64,000 nucleotides of DNA from a virus, in the IMG/VR virus record IMGVR_UViG_2846430886_000002, positions 4,988 through 68,987 of that record, one strand, 5' to 3'. Each line of letters opens with the position of its first letter. Positions within the stretch are counted from its first letter, which is position 1. A program made the translations under genes and the position numbers. This document shows, piece after piece, positions 55,693-64,000 of this stretch. Under the pieces are notes generated by a model. That model searched no databases, was not told the origin of the DNA, and saw only the letters and a list, made by a program, of their open reading frames with translations.

Positions 55693-56466
55693 ATGAAAAT
55701 CTCCTACAACAACGCTTCCGGCAGTCAGGTCTATGATGCCCGTCTGGGGGAGCGGAAAGTGCAGAAAATCTACCGGGGCGACGAGCAAATCTACCCGGAT
55801 GCCTCTGCCCGCATCCATCAGCTACGGCTGGACCTCTCCGGCTGGGCGGGCACTTCGGAAGGCTCCTGCTGGGAACAGGCCATTGAAGCCGTCTCGGTCC
55901 ACTCGGACGCCACCCGCTACATTCGCCTGACAGTGGGGCGTACCTACTTGGTCGCCAATACTTACGGCACCTATCCTCTCGCTTCCTATCTTGGCGGCGG
56001 CTTGTTTGAGTTCGCCGCAGGGGAGGGACCCCTGGTGCAGAATTTGCGCCTGGGGGACACTGCCGCCCTGCAAATACGCCTCCCCCAACTCAAGAGTTTT
56101 TCCATCGGTGGGGATCAGGAACACAACCAGCCCGTCTCCCGCCTGTACCCCTCCTGTCCCTCCGGCACGGAAGTGCGAGGTTACTTCGGCAAAGGCCAAA
56201 AACGCGTTTCTACCGGAGTCCGCATCGTTGTGGAAAGCGTTCCCTCCGGGAAAGTTCTCATGAACCGTCACCAGCAGCAGGACGGCCACTGCCGGGGGGA
56301 CTATAACTGGAACTACGGCTGGTGCGGCCCTGTCGCCGGGGACACGCAGGTACGCCTCACCGTCTACCCTCACCAGCCGCGCGGCGGCTGGGGCGGCTAC
56401 TTCGTTTATCCCGCCGCCGCCCGCACTCTCACCGCCCGCATCATTCAGATCATCAAGGAAGACTGA
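55693..56466 (+). CDS. Tail fibre accessory / tip protein
   Basis: N-terminal VQKIYRGDEQIY motif, beta-rich body, within the fibre cluster. Confidence 0.6.
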   Translation: MKISYNNASGSQVYDARLGERKVQKIYRGDEQIYPDASARIHQLRLDLSGWAGTSEGSCWEQAIEAVSVHSDATRYIRLTVGRTYLVANTYGTYPLASYLGGGLFEFAAGEGPLVQNLRLGDTAALQIRLPQLKSFSIGGDQEHNQPVSRLYPSCPSGTEVRGYFGKGQKRVSTGVRIVVESVPSGKVLMNRHQQQDGHCRGDYNWNYGWCGPVAGDTQVRLTVYPHQPRGGWGGYFVYPAAARTLTARIIQIIKED

Positions 56467-56512
56467 TTCGTCAACTCTCTCATTAACTATTGGCTATTAA
56501 CTCTTATCTAAA

Positions 56513-57364
56513 ATGAGAATCCCCACCACTCCCGGAGAGACCTATGCAGTCACAGTCACGGTGCCCTGCACGGTCTCCGCCGTCATGTCCAAATCCTCCC
56601 CCCTCCTCTTAATTACCATAGAGGAACCGGGGCAGTACCTCGTCGTGGCCCCCACCGCCGAACTTTACATTACGGATGACTCTGCCCTCGTCACTCGTTC
56701 TTTTAGGTCCGCCCCCGTCTGCATGTCCCTGCGTTCCGCCGCAGGCGGGGGCGTTGACGTTACAGAAGAGACAGAACAAACTCTGGGCAGGGACGGCAGG
56801 GAAGACAATCTCAACTCCGCTGGCTTTTCGTTCGTCGCCGCACAATCCGGCAGCCTGAAGACTGTTTCCATTCAGGGCCGCTCCTCCATGGAATTCCATC
56901 ACAATCCGGTGTGGCTGAAGGTCTGGAAAAAGACGGAAGCGGGACAGACTTTTCTCGGTCTCTCGGCAAACAGCGTCGTGCAGGAGAATAACCTGGCCAA
57001 TGTGTGGACCATGCCGGAAAACACCTACATCCCGGTAGGAGCCGTCATCACCATCACCACCCATGGAGAAGGTACAAAGGACGAGGAAACCTACCTGATG
57101 GGAGGTGAGGAAGGCCGCCTGCTGGCGCGGGTGGCGGCCATCACTCCGCAGGAGGGGATAGGCTGCCTGAACGACGGCGGCCTGCCTCTCTGGAACTATC
57201 TGCCGGTCTGTACCCTCTCCTTTATCCAGAAAGTAAGCCTCTCCCAGTATGCCCGCATCCTCCCCGTCAGCCCGGAGGCATTCGCGGCTCTCTCCTCCAA
57301 GCGGCCCCAGACTTTGTACTTCATCATGGAGTCTGCCCCCACTCCGGAATCCGCCCCTCTTTAA
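56513..57364 (+). CDS. Tail fibre-associated protein
   Basis: N-terminus shared with 59131. C-terminal VSPEAFAAL...TLYFI. Confidence 0.6.
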   Translation: MRIPTTPGETYAVTVTVPCTVSAVMSKSSPLLLITIEEPGQYLVVAPTAELYITDDSALVTRSFRSAPVCMSLRSAAGGGVDVTEETEQTLGRDGREDNLNSAGFSFVAAQSGSLKTVSIQGRSSMEFHHNPVWLKVWKKTEAGQTFLGLSANSVVQENNLANVWTMPENTYIPVGAVITITTHGEGTKDEETYLMGGEEGRLLARVAAITPQEGIGCLNDGGLPLWNYLPVCTLSFIQKVSLSQYARILPVSPEAFAALSSKRPQTLYFIMESAPTPESAPL

Positions 57365-57412
57365 CCAGTCTTGAAATAAAATAATCAGAAACAAAACAAC
57401 CGGAAAACCAAC

Positions 57413-58189
57413 ATGTCTGTAAACACAACCACCAAGATATTCCTCGGGTCTACCCTATTGCTGGACCTGACCGGCCTTGCCACCGCGCAAAGCCTCACCA
57501 CGCACACGACTGATGCCGTACTTCATCTGACGGCAGCGGAGCGCACCGCGTGGAATGCCAAACTCGGCCCCTCCGCCCTGGATGGCTACGCCCAACAGTC
57601 CTGGGTCACAGCCCAGCTCTCTTCCCTCGTCACCACGGACGCCCTGACAGCCCAGCTCGCCGGGTATGTGACGACAGTCTCCCAGACTGCCACTCTCGCC
57701 TCCTACGCCACGCAGAACTGGGTGACGCAGCAGATTGCCGCCAAGCACCACATCCAGATCATTCCCACAGACTCCCTGCCGGTGACGGGTCTGCCGGATG
57801 TCATCTACCTGGTTCCCAAAGGCTGGGATCACCCGGAAACGGCGGATAACTCCATCCGGGAACAATATGTGTGGATTGACGAAGCCTGGGTAAAGGTAGG
57901 GGACACTTCCGTTTCCCTGGCTGGCTACGCGCAGGAAACATGGGTCACAACCCAGCTAAACAGCTACGTCACCGCCGCCGCCCTGGCCGAAAGCCATTAC
58001 ACGAAGGCCCAGACGGACACCGCCCTCACTGACGCGAAAGCCGCCGTCCTCCAGGACGCGAAGACCTACGCGGACCAGCAAATCGCCGCCAGCGGCGCAG
58101 ACAGTCTGCATTTCGACACGCTCACCCAGGCGGAATACGACGCGCTGGGAGACAAGGACGCCAACCGCCTCTACGTGATCCAAGGCTGA
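57413..58189 (+). CDS. Tail fibre shaft protein
   Basis: H..D..LHLT..ER..WN motif, L.GYA...WV repeats, C-terminal LTQAEYDAL...RLYVI. Confidence 0.7.
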   Translation: MSVNTTTKIFLGSTLLLDLTGLATAQSLTTHTTDAVLHLTAAERTAWNAKLGPSALDGYAQQSWVTAQLSSLVTTDALTAQLAGYVTTVSQTATLASYATQNWVTQQIAAKHHIQIIPTDSLPVTGLPDVIYLVPKGWDHPETADNSIREQYVWIDEAWVKVGDTSVSLAGYAQETWVTTQLNSYVTAAALAESHYTKAQTDTALTDAKAAVLQDAKTYADQQIAASGADSLHFDTLTQAEYDALGDKDANRLYVIQG

Positions 58190-58236
58190 TGCGTCCCCTC
58201 CCTATTACCTGTTCACTATTAACTATTCCTTCCAGA

Positions 58237-59088
58237 ATGCCCTCCCCCCTCCAGCTTCGTCTTGGCTCGCAGGAACTTCTGCGCCTCGCCTCCGCCGTCT
58301 CCGCTACGGAGCCGGGGCTGGTGACGGGGGCGCAGGTAGCCGCCTTCATCCGGGAATACTTGCAAAATCTGACTCCGCAACATATCGCGCTGGATGCCAC
58401 GGACTACAACGAGGTTCTGCGCATTAACGCTTCCAAGGGGGCCAGCCTTGCCATTGAGGGAGGCGACGCCACCGTATCTCTCACCCTTGACTGTACCCTG
58501 TTCATCGGCGAGGCAACGGCCAACTCCAGCAGAATCTGGATCGACATCCCCATTTGTTGTAACGGTGGATTCGACGTATTCGGGGGAACACCCGGTCAGG
58601 TGCTGACGAAAACGAAGCTCAATGCGGTCTGGGCAGACCTTCCTTCATCCGGTTCCGCCTCCGGCCAGAGCTATTATGAGATAAGCACCACTCCCTCCCA
58701 GCACGTCACCCGTACCACTCTTCCCACCGGCTGGTACAAGGTGGACCTGCTTCTTTATTCATTTGACGGGGCAAATTGTAACGCTGTTTTTAATCCAAGC
58801 TCCATCACCGTAGAACAAGTCATTAACGTCATGGGCATAGCGTATGGAGGAACGAGCAACGGCTCATGCCCCTACATTACCATTGACGGTCTAAACTGGC
58901 GAACCAAGGCCGGAGAATCTCTCTCCTATACCAGGGCCTCCTCCCTTCAAGTAAGCTTTTTGTATCATCACACCGGTGTTTCCCTGACGTGGCCTGCCGA
59001 AAGCATGGCCGAAGATGGCGGAGGGTGGTCTACCGGCTCCTTCCGCTATACGGCCATATCGCCCCCAAAAAACTTCACCTCCTCCTGA
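58237..59088 (+). CDS. Tail fibre tip / receptor-binding protein
   Basis: GGTPGQVLTK...W.D fibre motif, beta-rich C-terminus. Start moved to ATG 58237, after a heptamer leader. Confidence 0.65.
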   Translation: MPSPLQLRLGSQELLRLASAVSATEPGLVTGAQVAAFIREYLQNLTPQHIALDATDYNEVLRINASKGASLAIEGGDATVSLTLDCTLFIGEATANSSRIWIDIPICCNGGFDVFGGTPGQVLTKTKLNAVWADLPSSGSASGQSYYEISTTPSQHVTRTTLPTGWYKVDLLLYSFDGANCNAVFNPSSITVEQVINVMGIAYGGTSNGSCPYITIDGLNWRTKAGESLSYTRASSLQVSFLYHHTGVSLTWPAESMAEDGGGWSTGSFRYTAISPPKNFTSS

Positions 59089-59130
59089 CTCATCGCTTTT
59101 AATTATTAACTCTTAACCATTACCTATTTC

Positions 59131-59583
59131 ATGCAAGTTCCCACTACTCCCGGCCACGTCTACGCCGTCACCACCACCTCCTCCTGTACGATTTCCGCCG
59201 TATCGGAGGACGGCACGCTGACGCCCGTTCTGACCGCCCCAGCTCCCGGTCAGTACGCCGTTGTCGCCCCCTCCGTCCGTCTGGACGTAGGGGACAGCCA
59301 CGCCCTGGTCACTCCCATGCGGGGCCGGATCGGCGTCACGGGCGGCGCCACTCTGGAAGCCCTGAACAAACTGACCACCCATGCGAAAGACACCTACATT
59401 CACGTCAACCGGGGCGACCGCAACAACTGGGATAACAAAGTCGAAAGACAGGAATTCACCGATCACAAATACAGCAACACCCTTCACCTCATGCCTGACG
59501 AACACGCCTCTTTGACAGAACTCCTCACCCGCAAGGACGACCTGCTGGCCCTTCTCAATCCGCCGCAAAACCAAATAGCGTAA
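59131..59583 (+). CDS. Short fibre-associated protein
   Basis: MQVPTTPGHVYAVT N-terminus like 56513, plus two His-containing fibre repeats. Confidence 0.6.
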   Translation: MQVPTTPGHVYAVTTTSSCTISAVSEDGTLTPVLTAPAPGQYAVVAPSVRLDVGDSHALVTPMRGRIGVTGGATLEALNKLTTHAKDTYIHVNRGDRNNWDNKVERQEFTDHKYSNTLHLMPDEHASLTELLTRKDDLLALLNPPQNQIA

Positions 59584-59655
59584 ACGCTCCATTTTTTCTC
59601 ATTCTCCCCAACTAACCGCCCCCAATCACCACCAACCCGAACCAACAAAAAAGAC

Positions 59656-60114
59656 ATGAACACTACTACATGCTGCAATCATACCGATGAAATTGCCAAG
59701 GCAATTTACAACCAGCACAATGCCGAACTCCATCCCGGCCTCCCCTCTGACTGGGAAACCCTGCCTGAAGAAGAAAAACAGGCCTGGCGTAAAGTCGCCG
59801 GGAACCTTCTGCCTACCTTGGGGGAACACGCCCTGAATGACCTGCTGGCTTACGCCAAAAGGAAGCTCAAGGAATCTTCCCCCACTTGGCAGAAGATCCT
59901 CTGGGGCCTCGCCGCCGCCGCCATTCTGGCGGCACTTAGCTGGCTGGCCTCGCTGGGGCTGACCGGCTGCGGTCATACCGTGGACATCACCCAGGAGGGG
60001 GCGTCCATTTGCAAGGATGGAGCCTGCCTCGTCATTAAGGACGGCCACATCTATTACACCCCGGCGGAAAAGACCCCGGCAGCCGGAACCGCCCCCGTCC
60101 GGCAGGAAAAATAA
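59656..60114 (+). CDS. Lysis-module membrane/lipoprotein (spanin- or holin-associated?)
   Basis: TM segment ending in the lipobox-like LTGC. Upstream of holin/endolysin. Confidence 0.5.
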   Translation: MNTTTCCNHTDEIAKAIYNQHNAELHPGLPSDWETLPEEEKQAWRKVAGNLLPTLGEHALNDLLAYAKRKLKESSPTWQKILWGLAAAAILAALSWLASLGLTGCGHTVDITQEGASICKDGACLVIKDGHIYYTPAEKTPAAGTAPVRQEK

Positions 60115-60154
60115 TCCTGTTCTTCCCGTTCCATCACCATCCGCCCCACCTGTC

Positions 60155-60391
60155 ATGTGCCAGCCATACGATACCATTCTCCGTCTTGTCAATACGCTCA
60201 AAGTCGTCTTTGCCACCAAGGACGGTGTTTTTGCGGTTTTAATCGCTGTCATGCTCACCTCCATGGTCATTCTTTACCATGACATGAGGGAATACATGAC
60301 CGAGCAGACAAAAGCACAGGTGGAAACCGTGCGGGTACTGACGGAACTCAAGGCGGAGCTGTCCACCCTCAAGCACCAGATAAGCAAATAA
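60155..60391 (+). CDS. Putative holin
   Basis: 78 aa, one TM helix plus a coiled-coil tail, directly before the endolysin. Confidence 0.55.
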   Translation: MCQPYDTILRLVNTLKVVFATKDGVFAVLIAVMLTSMVILYHDMREYMTEQTKAQVETVRVLTELKAELSTLKHQISK

Positions 60392-60410
60392 CCAATAAAA
60401 CTTTTTCTTT

Positions 60411-60998
60411 ATGAACTCATTAGAACAATCCATGGCCGCCCGCATCCTCTGCTTTGAGGATGACCGGGCTACCAGCCCCGCCTCCCTCCGTGTCCGCCGC
60501 CTGCCCGCTGCGGACAAGGGCGGAGATTATGAAATCTGCGGCATCTGCGACGGCATTGAACCCGCCGTATTCAACCGCCTCAAGTCTCTGCTTGACGCCG
60601 GGAAACGGGAAGAAGCCTGGGAAGGATGCCTGCAATACGTTCTGGATAATACCTCCGCCGTCCGGGACTGGATCGGCAGTGACACCCACCCCGCCACCGA
60701 ATTCTACCTGCGTGACCACTACTTTAACAGCGGCAGTAAAAACACACTGAAAATCCTCCAACGCGCCCTCAACGACAGAGGAGCCCGTCTGACAGTGGAC
60801 GGCCTGATCGGCCCCAAAACCAGAGCCGCACTCCGTACCCGCCTCTCCCAGGGAGGCGAACACGCTTTCCTTTTAGCCCTTCGTACCCGGCGCAAAGCCT
60901 TCTACATGGCCTGCCGCCAGTTCCCCACCTTCGGGAAAGGGTGGCTGTCTCGCACGGATGAGGCGTTTGACTACGCTCTCACTCTTATCATCTCTTAA
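60411..60998 (+). CDS. Endolysin, GH108-like with peptidoglycan-binding domain
   Basis: FE...DKGG...GI, D..FNSG, LQRAL...VDGLIGPKT, FGKGWLSR. Confidence 0.85.
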   Translation: MNSLEQSMAARILCFEDDRATSPASLRVRRLPAADKGGDYEICGICDGIEPAVFNRLKSLLDAGKREEAWEGCLQYVLDNTSAVRDWIGSDTHPATEFYLRDHYFNSGSKNTLKILQRALNDRGARLTVDGLIGPKTRAALRTRLSQGGEHAFLLALRTRRKAFYMACRQFPTFGKGWLSRTDEAFDYALTLIIS

Positions 60999-61023
60999 AA
61001 TTCAACTCTCCACTCTCATCAAC

Positions 61024-61311
61024 ATGGCAACCGGAGCACTTATAGCCGGAGCACTGGCCTCCATTGGTTCCAGCTATTATCAGCAGAAAAAAGGAGCCAA
61101 GGAACAAAAACGCGCGGCAGCAGCCATGGCTGCCGCCATGGAAAAACAACCCACTGTTCAGGCGGCGGATGTCGCCGCCCAGCAGACACAGGACACGCAG
61201 GCCAGTGAACAAACTGTCAACACGGCGGCCAAGCGCCGCTTCGCCATGAACCGCACGGTCAATCCCTCCAGCGCCCTCTCCTCCTTCCCCGGCACGCGCA
61301 AGACTCTCTGA
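61024..61311 (+). CDS. Small virion protein preceding the portal (gp7.3-like)
   Basis: Ala/Gln-rich 95 aa ending in RKTL, immediately upstream of the portal. Confidence 0.55.
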   Translation: MATGALIAGALASIGSSYYQQKKGAKEQKRAAAAMAAAMEKQPTVQAADVAAQQTQDTQASEQTVNTAAKRRFAMNRTVNPSSALSSFPGTRKTL

Positions 61312-61392
61312 CTGACTCCCTCCAAAAGTCATTTTCTCCCCAATTTTTATCCCTTACCTATTAACTATTAAATCTTACCTTCTACCTTTCCC

Positions 61393-63066
61393 ATGGTCCG
61401 TTCTAACACACGTTCTCTTCAATATATCGACACGGCAGACGCCTTGCTGGCCGACATGTACGGCTGGAGCGGCGACTGGGACTGGCTGCGCAAGCACATC
61501 ATGCCGCGCACCCAGGCGGGAGCGGACAGGGAGGAACGCCCCTCTGCCAGCGCCAAACGTCTGCATTCCACTGTTGCGATAAAATCTTTACGCATCCTGA
61601 CAGGCGCGCACATCATGTACATTACCCCCAGCAATCAGCGCTGGTTCAGTTTCCAGAGCGGACTTCGGGGGAAAGAAAAACTCTCACGAGTGGACGAGTG
61701 GTTTGCGGAATCCACCGAAATCACCTTCGGAGAATTAAGCCGCTCCAATTTTTATACGGAAATCCATGAGACCTTCCTGGACCGGTGTCTGACCGGCACC
61801 GGCTGCCTGTTTTGCGATACGCTGGCCGACGGACGGCTTAACTTCAGGCACATTCCCTCCGGCACCTATGCCATTGCGGAAGGGGAAAACGGCCAAGTTG
61901 ACACGCTGGTGCGCAAATTCAAGCTTACTCCCCATCAGGCAGTATCCAAATTTGGATATAAAAACTTGCCGGAAAAAATACGGACGGCCTGGGAAGACCC
62001 CAAAAAACGATATACAGAAAAACACGAATACCTTCACCTTGTGCTGCCTCGTCTCAACTACACCTTCGGCCATGACCTCATTAACAGCAAGCGCATGAAA
62101 TGGGCCTCCGTCTACATGACGGCTGACGGAGAAAGACACATTATCCGGGAGGAAGGCTACCCGGAGTTTCCCTACCTCGTCACCCGCTTTTTGCGTTATG
62201 GGGAGGGGCCCTACGGCTACGCCCCCGGCCTGGATGTCATGGAAGAAATCATGGCTACACTCAAGCTGGAGCGTGTGATGGATGTACTGGGAGAAGTGGC
62301 CGCCTTCCCGCGTATTCTCCAGCTCGCGGATCAGGTCGGGGAAGTAGACCTCCGCGCCGGAGGCGTAACTACCATTAAATCCGCCGCAGCAGCCGCCAAA
62401 CTCCCCAGGGAATGGGCTACTGCTGGCCGGTACGATGTAGGCAAAGACCGCATTACGGACAAAGAGCAGAAAATCCGGGAAGCCTATTTTGTGGATATGC
62501 TCATGCCGCTGGCCAATATCGACCGTCAGATGACGGCCACGGAAATCAATGCCCGCCAGGAAGAGCGCGTCCTTTCCTTTTCTCCATCGCTTACCCTCTT
62601 TATATCGGATTGCAACGTTCTCATGCACCGCGTCTTCTCCATCCTCTTCCGGCAAGGCAAATTCCCGCAGGATGACGTTCCCAAAGAACTTATCGTCCCG
62701 GACCGGGGAGGCAGTGAAAACTTTGAAATTGAGCTGCCCAACGTGCAGTACCTGGGCCGCATTTCCCAGGCCATCGCCAATGCCCAGCAGCAGGGGTTGG
62801 AGTATTTCATGAGCGTTGCCCTCAACTACACCCAGGCCACGGGAGACACATCCATGATTGAGTACGTCAACCCGCGCAAATTCGCGCAATTCCTCTATGA
62901 GCGCACGGGAGCGCCAACCAGTTGCCGTCGCACCGCCCGCGAGCTGGCGGAGCTGGACAAGCAGAAACAGCAGGCCGCTGAAATGCAGCGAAAACTTGCT
63001 GCCACCCAGGGCCTCAAGAACGCCGCAGGAGCGCAAAAAGACCTCGCTGCCGCAGGAGCCGCCTGA
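61393..63066 (+). CDS. Portal / head-to-tail connector (T7 gp8-like)
   Basis: WF..., SNFY..IHE...D....GTG, VDTLVRKF, GYPEFPY.V.R, YGY.PG, MTATEI..R.EE. 557 aa. Confidence 0.92.
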   Translation: MVRSNTRSLQYIDTADALLADMYGWSGDWDWLRKHIMPRTQAGADREERPSASAKRLHSTVAIKSLRILTGAHIMYITPSNQRWFSFQSGLRGKEKLSRVDEWFAESTEITFGELSRSNFYTEIHETFLDRCLTGTGCLFCDTLADGRLNFRHIPSGTYAIAEGENGQVDTLVRKFKLTPHQAVSKFGYKNLPEKIRTAWEDPKKRYTEKHEYLHLVLPRLNYTFGHDLINSKRMKWASVYMTADGERHIIREEGYPEFPYLVTRFLRYGEGPYGYAPGLDVMEEIMATLKLERVMDVLGEVAAFPRILQLADQVGEVDLRAGGVTTIKSAAAAAKLPREWATAGRYDVGKDRITDKEQKIREAYFVDMLMPLANIDRQMTATEINARQEERVLSFSPSLTLFISDCNVLMHRVFSILFRQGKFPQDDVPKELIVPDRGGSENFEIELPNVQYLGRISQAIANAQQQGLEYFMSVALNYTQATGDTSMIEYVNPRKFAQFLYERTGAPTSCRRTARELAELDKQKQQAAEMQRKLAATQGLKNAAGAQKDLAAAGAA

Positions 63067-63107
63067 TCACATTCCCCTCCACTCTCCAACTTTTCAAACA
63101 TTTTCTT

Positions 63108-63479
63108 ATGACCGAAAACAACAAAACAGCAAACAACACCACAGCCCCGTCTCCGCAGGAGGAATACCCCCTGCCGGGCGAATATGAACCGCAGCCCGGA
63201 TACGAGCCCCCGGACGAACAGGAACAGTTCTACCGGGAATATGTCGGGCGCCGCCGGGAATGTCTGGCCGCCCATGTCACGCCGGAAGTCCTGGCCTACA
63301 TGGACGAGGAATTCCGCACGGATCTACCGTGCTACCAAACCCGCGACCCGCTCACCGGCCAGACCATAACACCAAACCCTCTTGCCGCCGCCATCCGAGA
63401 CGGACAGCGGGAAGTGATTCTTTGGCTCCGCCATGAAATCGCCATGCACCGGAAACAGAAAAACGCCATCCCCCTGTAA
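63108..63479 (+). CDS. Conserved post-portal protein (Bbp19-like)
   Basis: VL.YM...F...AAIRDGQREVILWL pattern, located after the portal. Confidence 0.6.
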   Translation: MTENNKTANNTTAPSPQEEYPLPGEYEPQPGYEPPDEQEQFYREYVGRRRECLAAHVTPEVLAYMDEEFRTDLPCYQTRDPLTGQTITPNPLAAAIRDGQREVILWLRHEIAMHRKQKNAIPL

Positions 63480-63481
63480 CA

Positions 63482-64000
63482 ATGCCTCTCGTTTCCTTAC
63501 AAAACGCCACCCCTGTAAAGACCGTGGACAGCCCTCCCCGGAACAAGCGGAAATTCCTTTCCGTCTGTTCCGGCATTGAGGCCGTCTCCGTTGCCTGGGA
63601 CCCGCTCGACTTCGAGCCGGTCGCCTATTCTGAAATAGAACCTTTCCCCTCCGCAGTGCTCGCCCATCACTACCCGGACGTACCCAACCTGGGCGACATG
63701 ACTTTATATGCCAACTGGACACTCCCATCAATCGACCTCCTCGCAGGCGGAACCCCCTGCCAATCCTTCTCTGTCGCCGGAAAGCGCGGCTCCCTCAATG
63801 ATGACCGAGGAAATCTCTGCCTCACCTTCTGCGAAATCGCAGACAAATTCGACCCCGAATGGATTCTCTGGGAAAACGTACCCGGCGTCCTTAATACAAT
63901 GGATAACGCGTTCGGATGCCTGCTGGGAAAATTATGTGGAGCAGGTGACGCCATCCAGCCAGCGGAAGGAAGGAAACACGCTCCTTGCGGCGTGGTGGCC
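63482..64000 (+). CDS. DNA (cytosine-5)-methyltransferase, partial
   Basis: Hand translation: FLSVCSGIEA (motif I), GDM, DLLAGGTPCQSFSVAG (motif IV), WENVPG (motif VI). Absent from the ORF track because there is no stop in the window. Confidence 0.9.
   Translation, partial: MPLVSLQNATPVKTVDSPPRNKRKFLSVCSGIEAVSVAWDPLDFEPVAYSEIEPFPSAVLAHHYPDVPNLGDMTLYANWTLPSIDLLAGGTPCQSFSVAGKRGSLNDDRGNLCLTFCEIADKFDPEWILWENVPGVLNTMDNAFGCLLGKLCGAGDAIQPAEGRKHAPCGVVA

Larger units (their letters stand above)
1..64000. mobile_element. Temperate podovirus-type phage/prophage region (both ends outside the window)
   Basis: Contains repressor, replication protein, terS, tail tubular A and B, ejection proteins, tail fibres, holin/endolysin and a T7 gp8-like portal. 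No host housekeeping genes are present. Confidence 0.93.

Noticed and set aside
53532..59583. Diversity-generating retroelement or invertase shufflon acting on the tail fibres
   Set aside because: No reverse transcriptase, recombinase or adenine-specific TR/VR repeat pair is visible in the window.
1..64000. tRNA/rRNA genes, att sites, integrase
   Set aside because: None was recognisable by eye. A tRNA scan and the flanking sequence would be needed to exclude them.

Overview
The whole 64 kb window is part of a temperate short-tailed (T7/BPP-1/epsilon15-like) phage or prophage of a GC-rich Gram-negative host. The Rhs style and lack of Shine-Dalgarno leaders resemble Verrucomicrobia/Akkermansia, but that is inference only. 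Left to right: (1) control and replication genes (excisionase-like HTH, XRE repressor, RusA-like resolvase, replication protein, tandem wHTH); (2) terminase small subunit, tail tubular A and ejection proteins, including a 6087-aa polyvalent protein; (3) a ~24 kb accessory island (zeta-like kinase, PA14-SleB toxin with two immunity-like genes, KAP NTPase, PA14-Rhs toxin with immunity gene, four glycosyltransferase genes, a low-GC methyltransferase plus 2TM gene pair); (4) an inverted tail tubular B gene, tail-fibre cluster, lysis genes, portal and a truncated C5 DNA methyltransferase. No terL, capsid, integrase, tRNA or CRISPR array is visible. The main signals are: the giant protein's enzymatic modules are delimited by twelve [S/T/G]-F-S-[L/V] motifs, suggesting a self-processing injected polyprotein; a probable overprinted gene lies inside it next to a GNAT-like domain; two unrelated toxins share one PA14-like N-terminal domain; a TCTCAT-N3-ATGAGA motif marks module starts and coincides with a GC-skew flip; and heptamer arrays replace Shine-Dalgarno sites before structural genes. 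All domain names come from reading motifs by eye, not from database searches.
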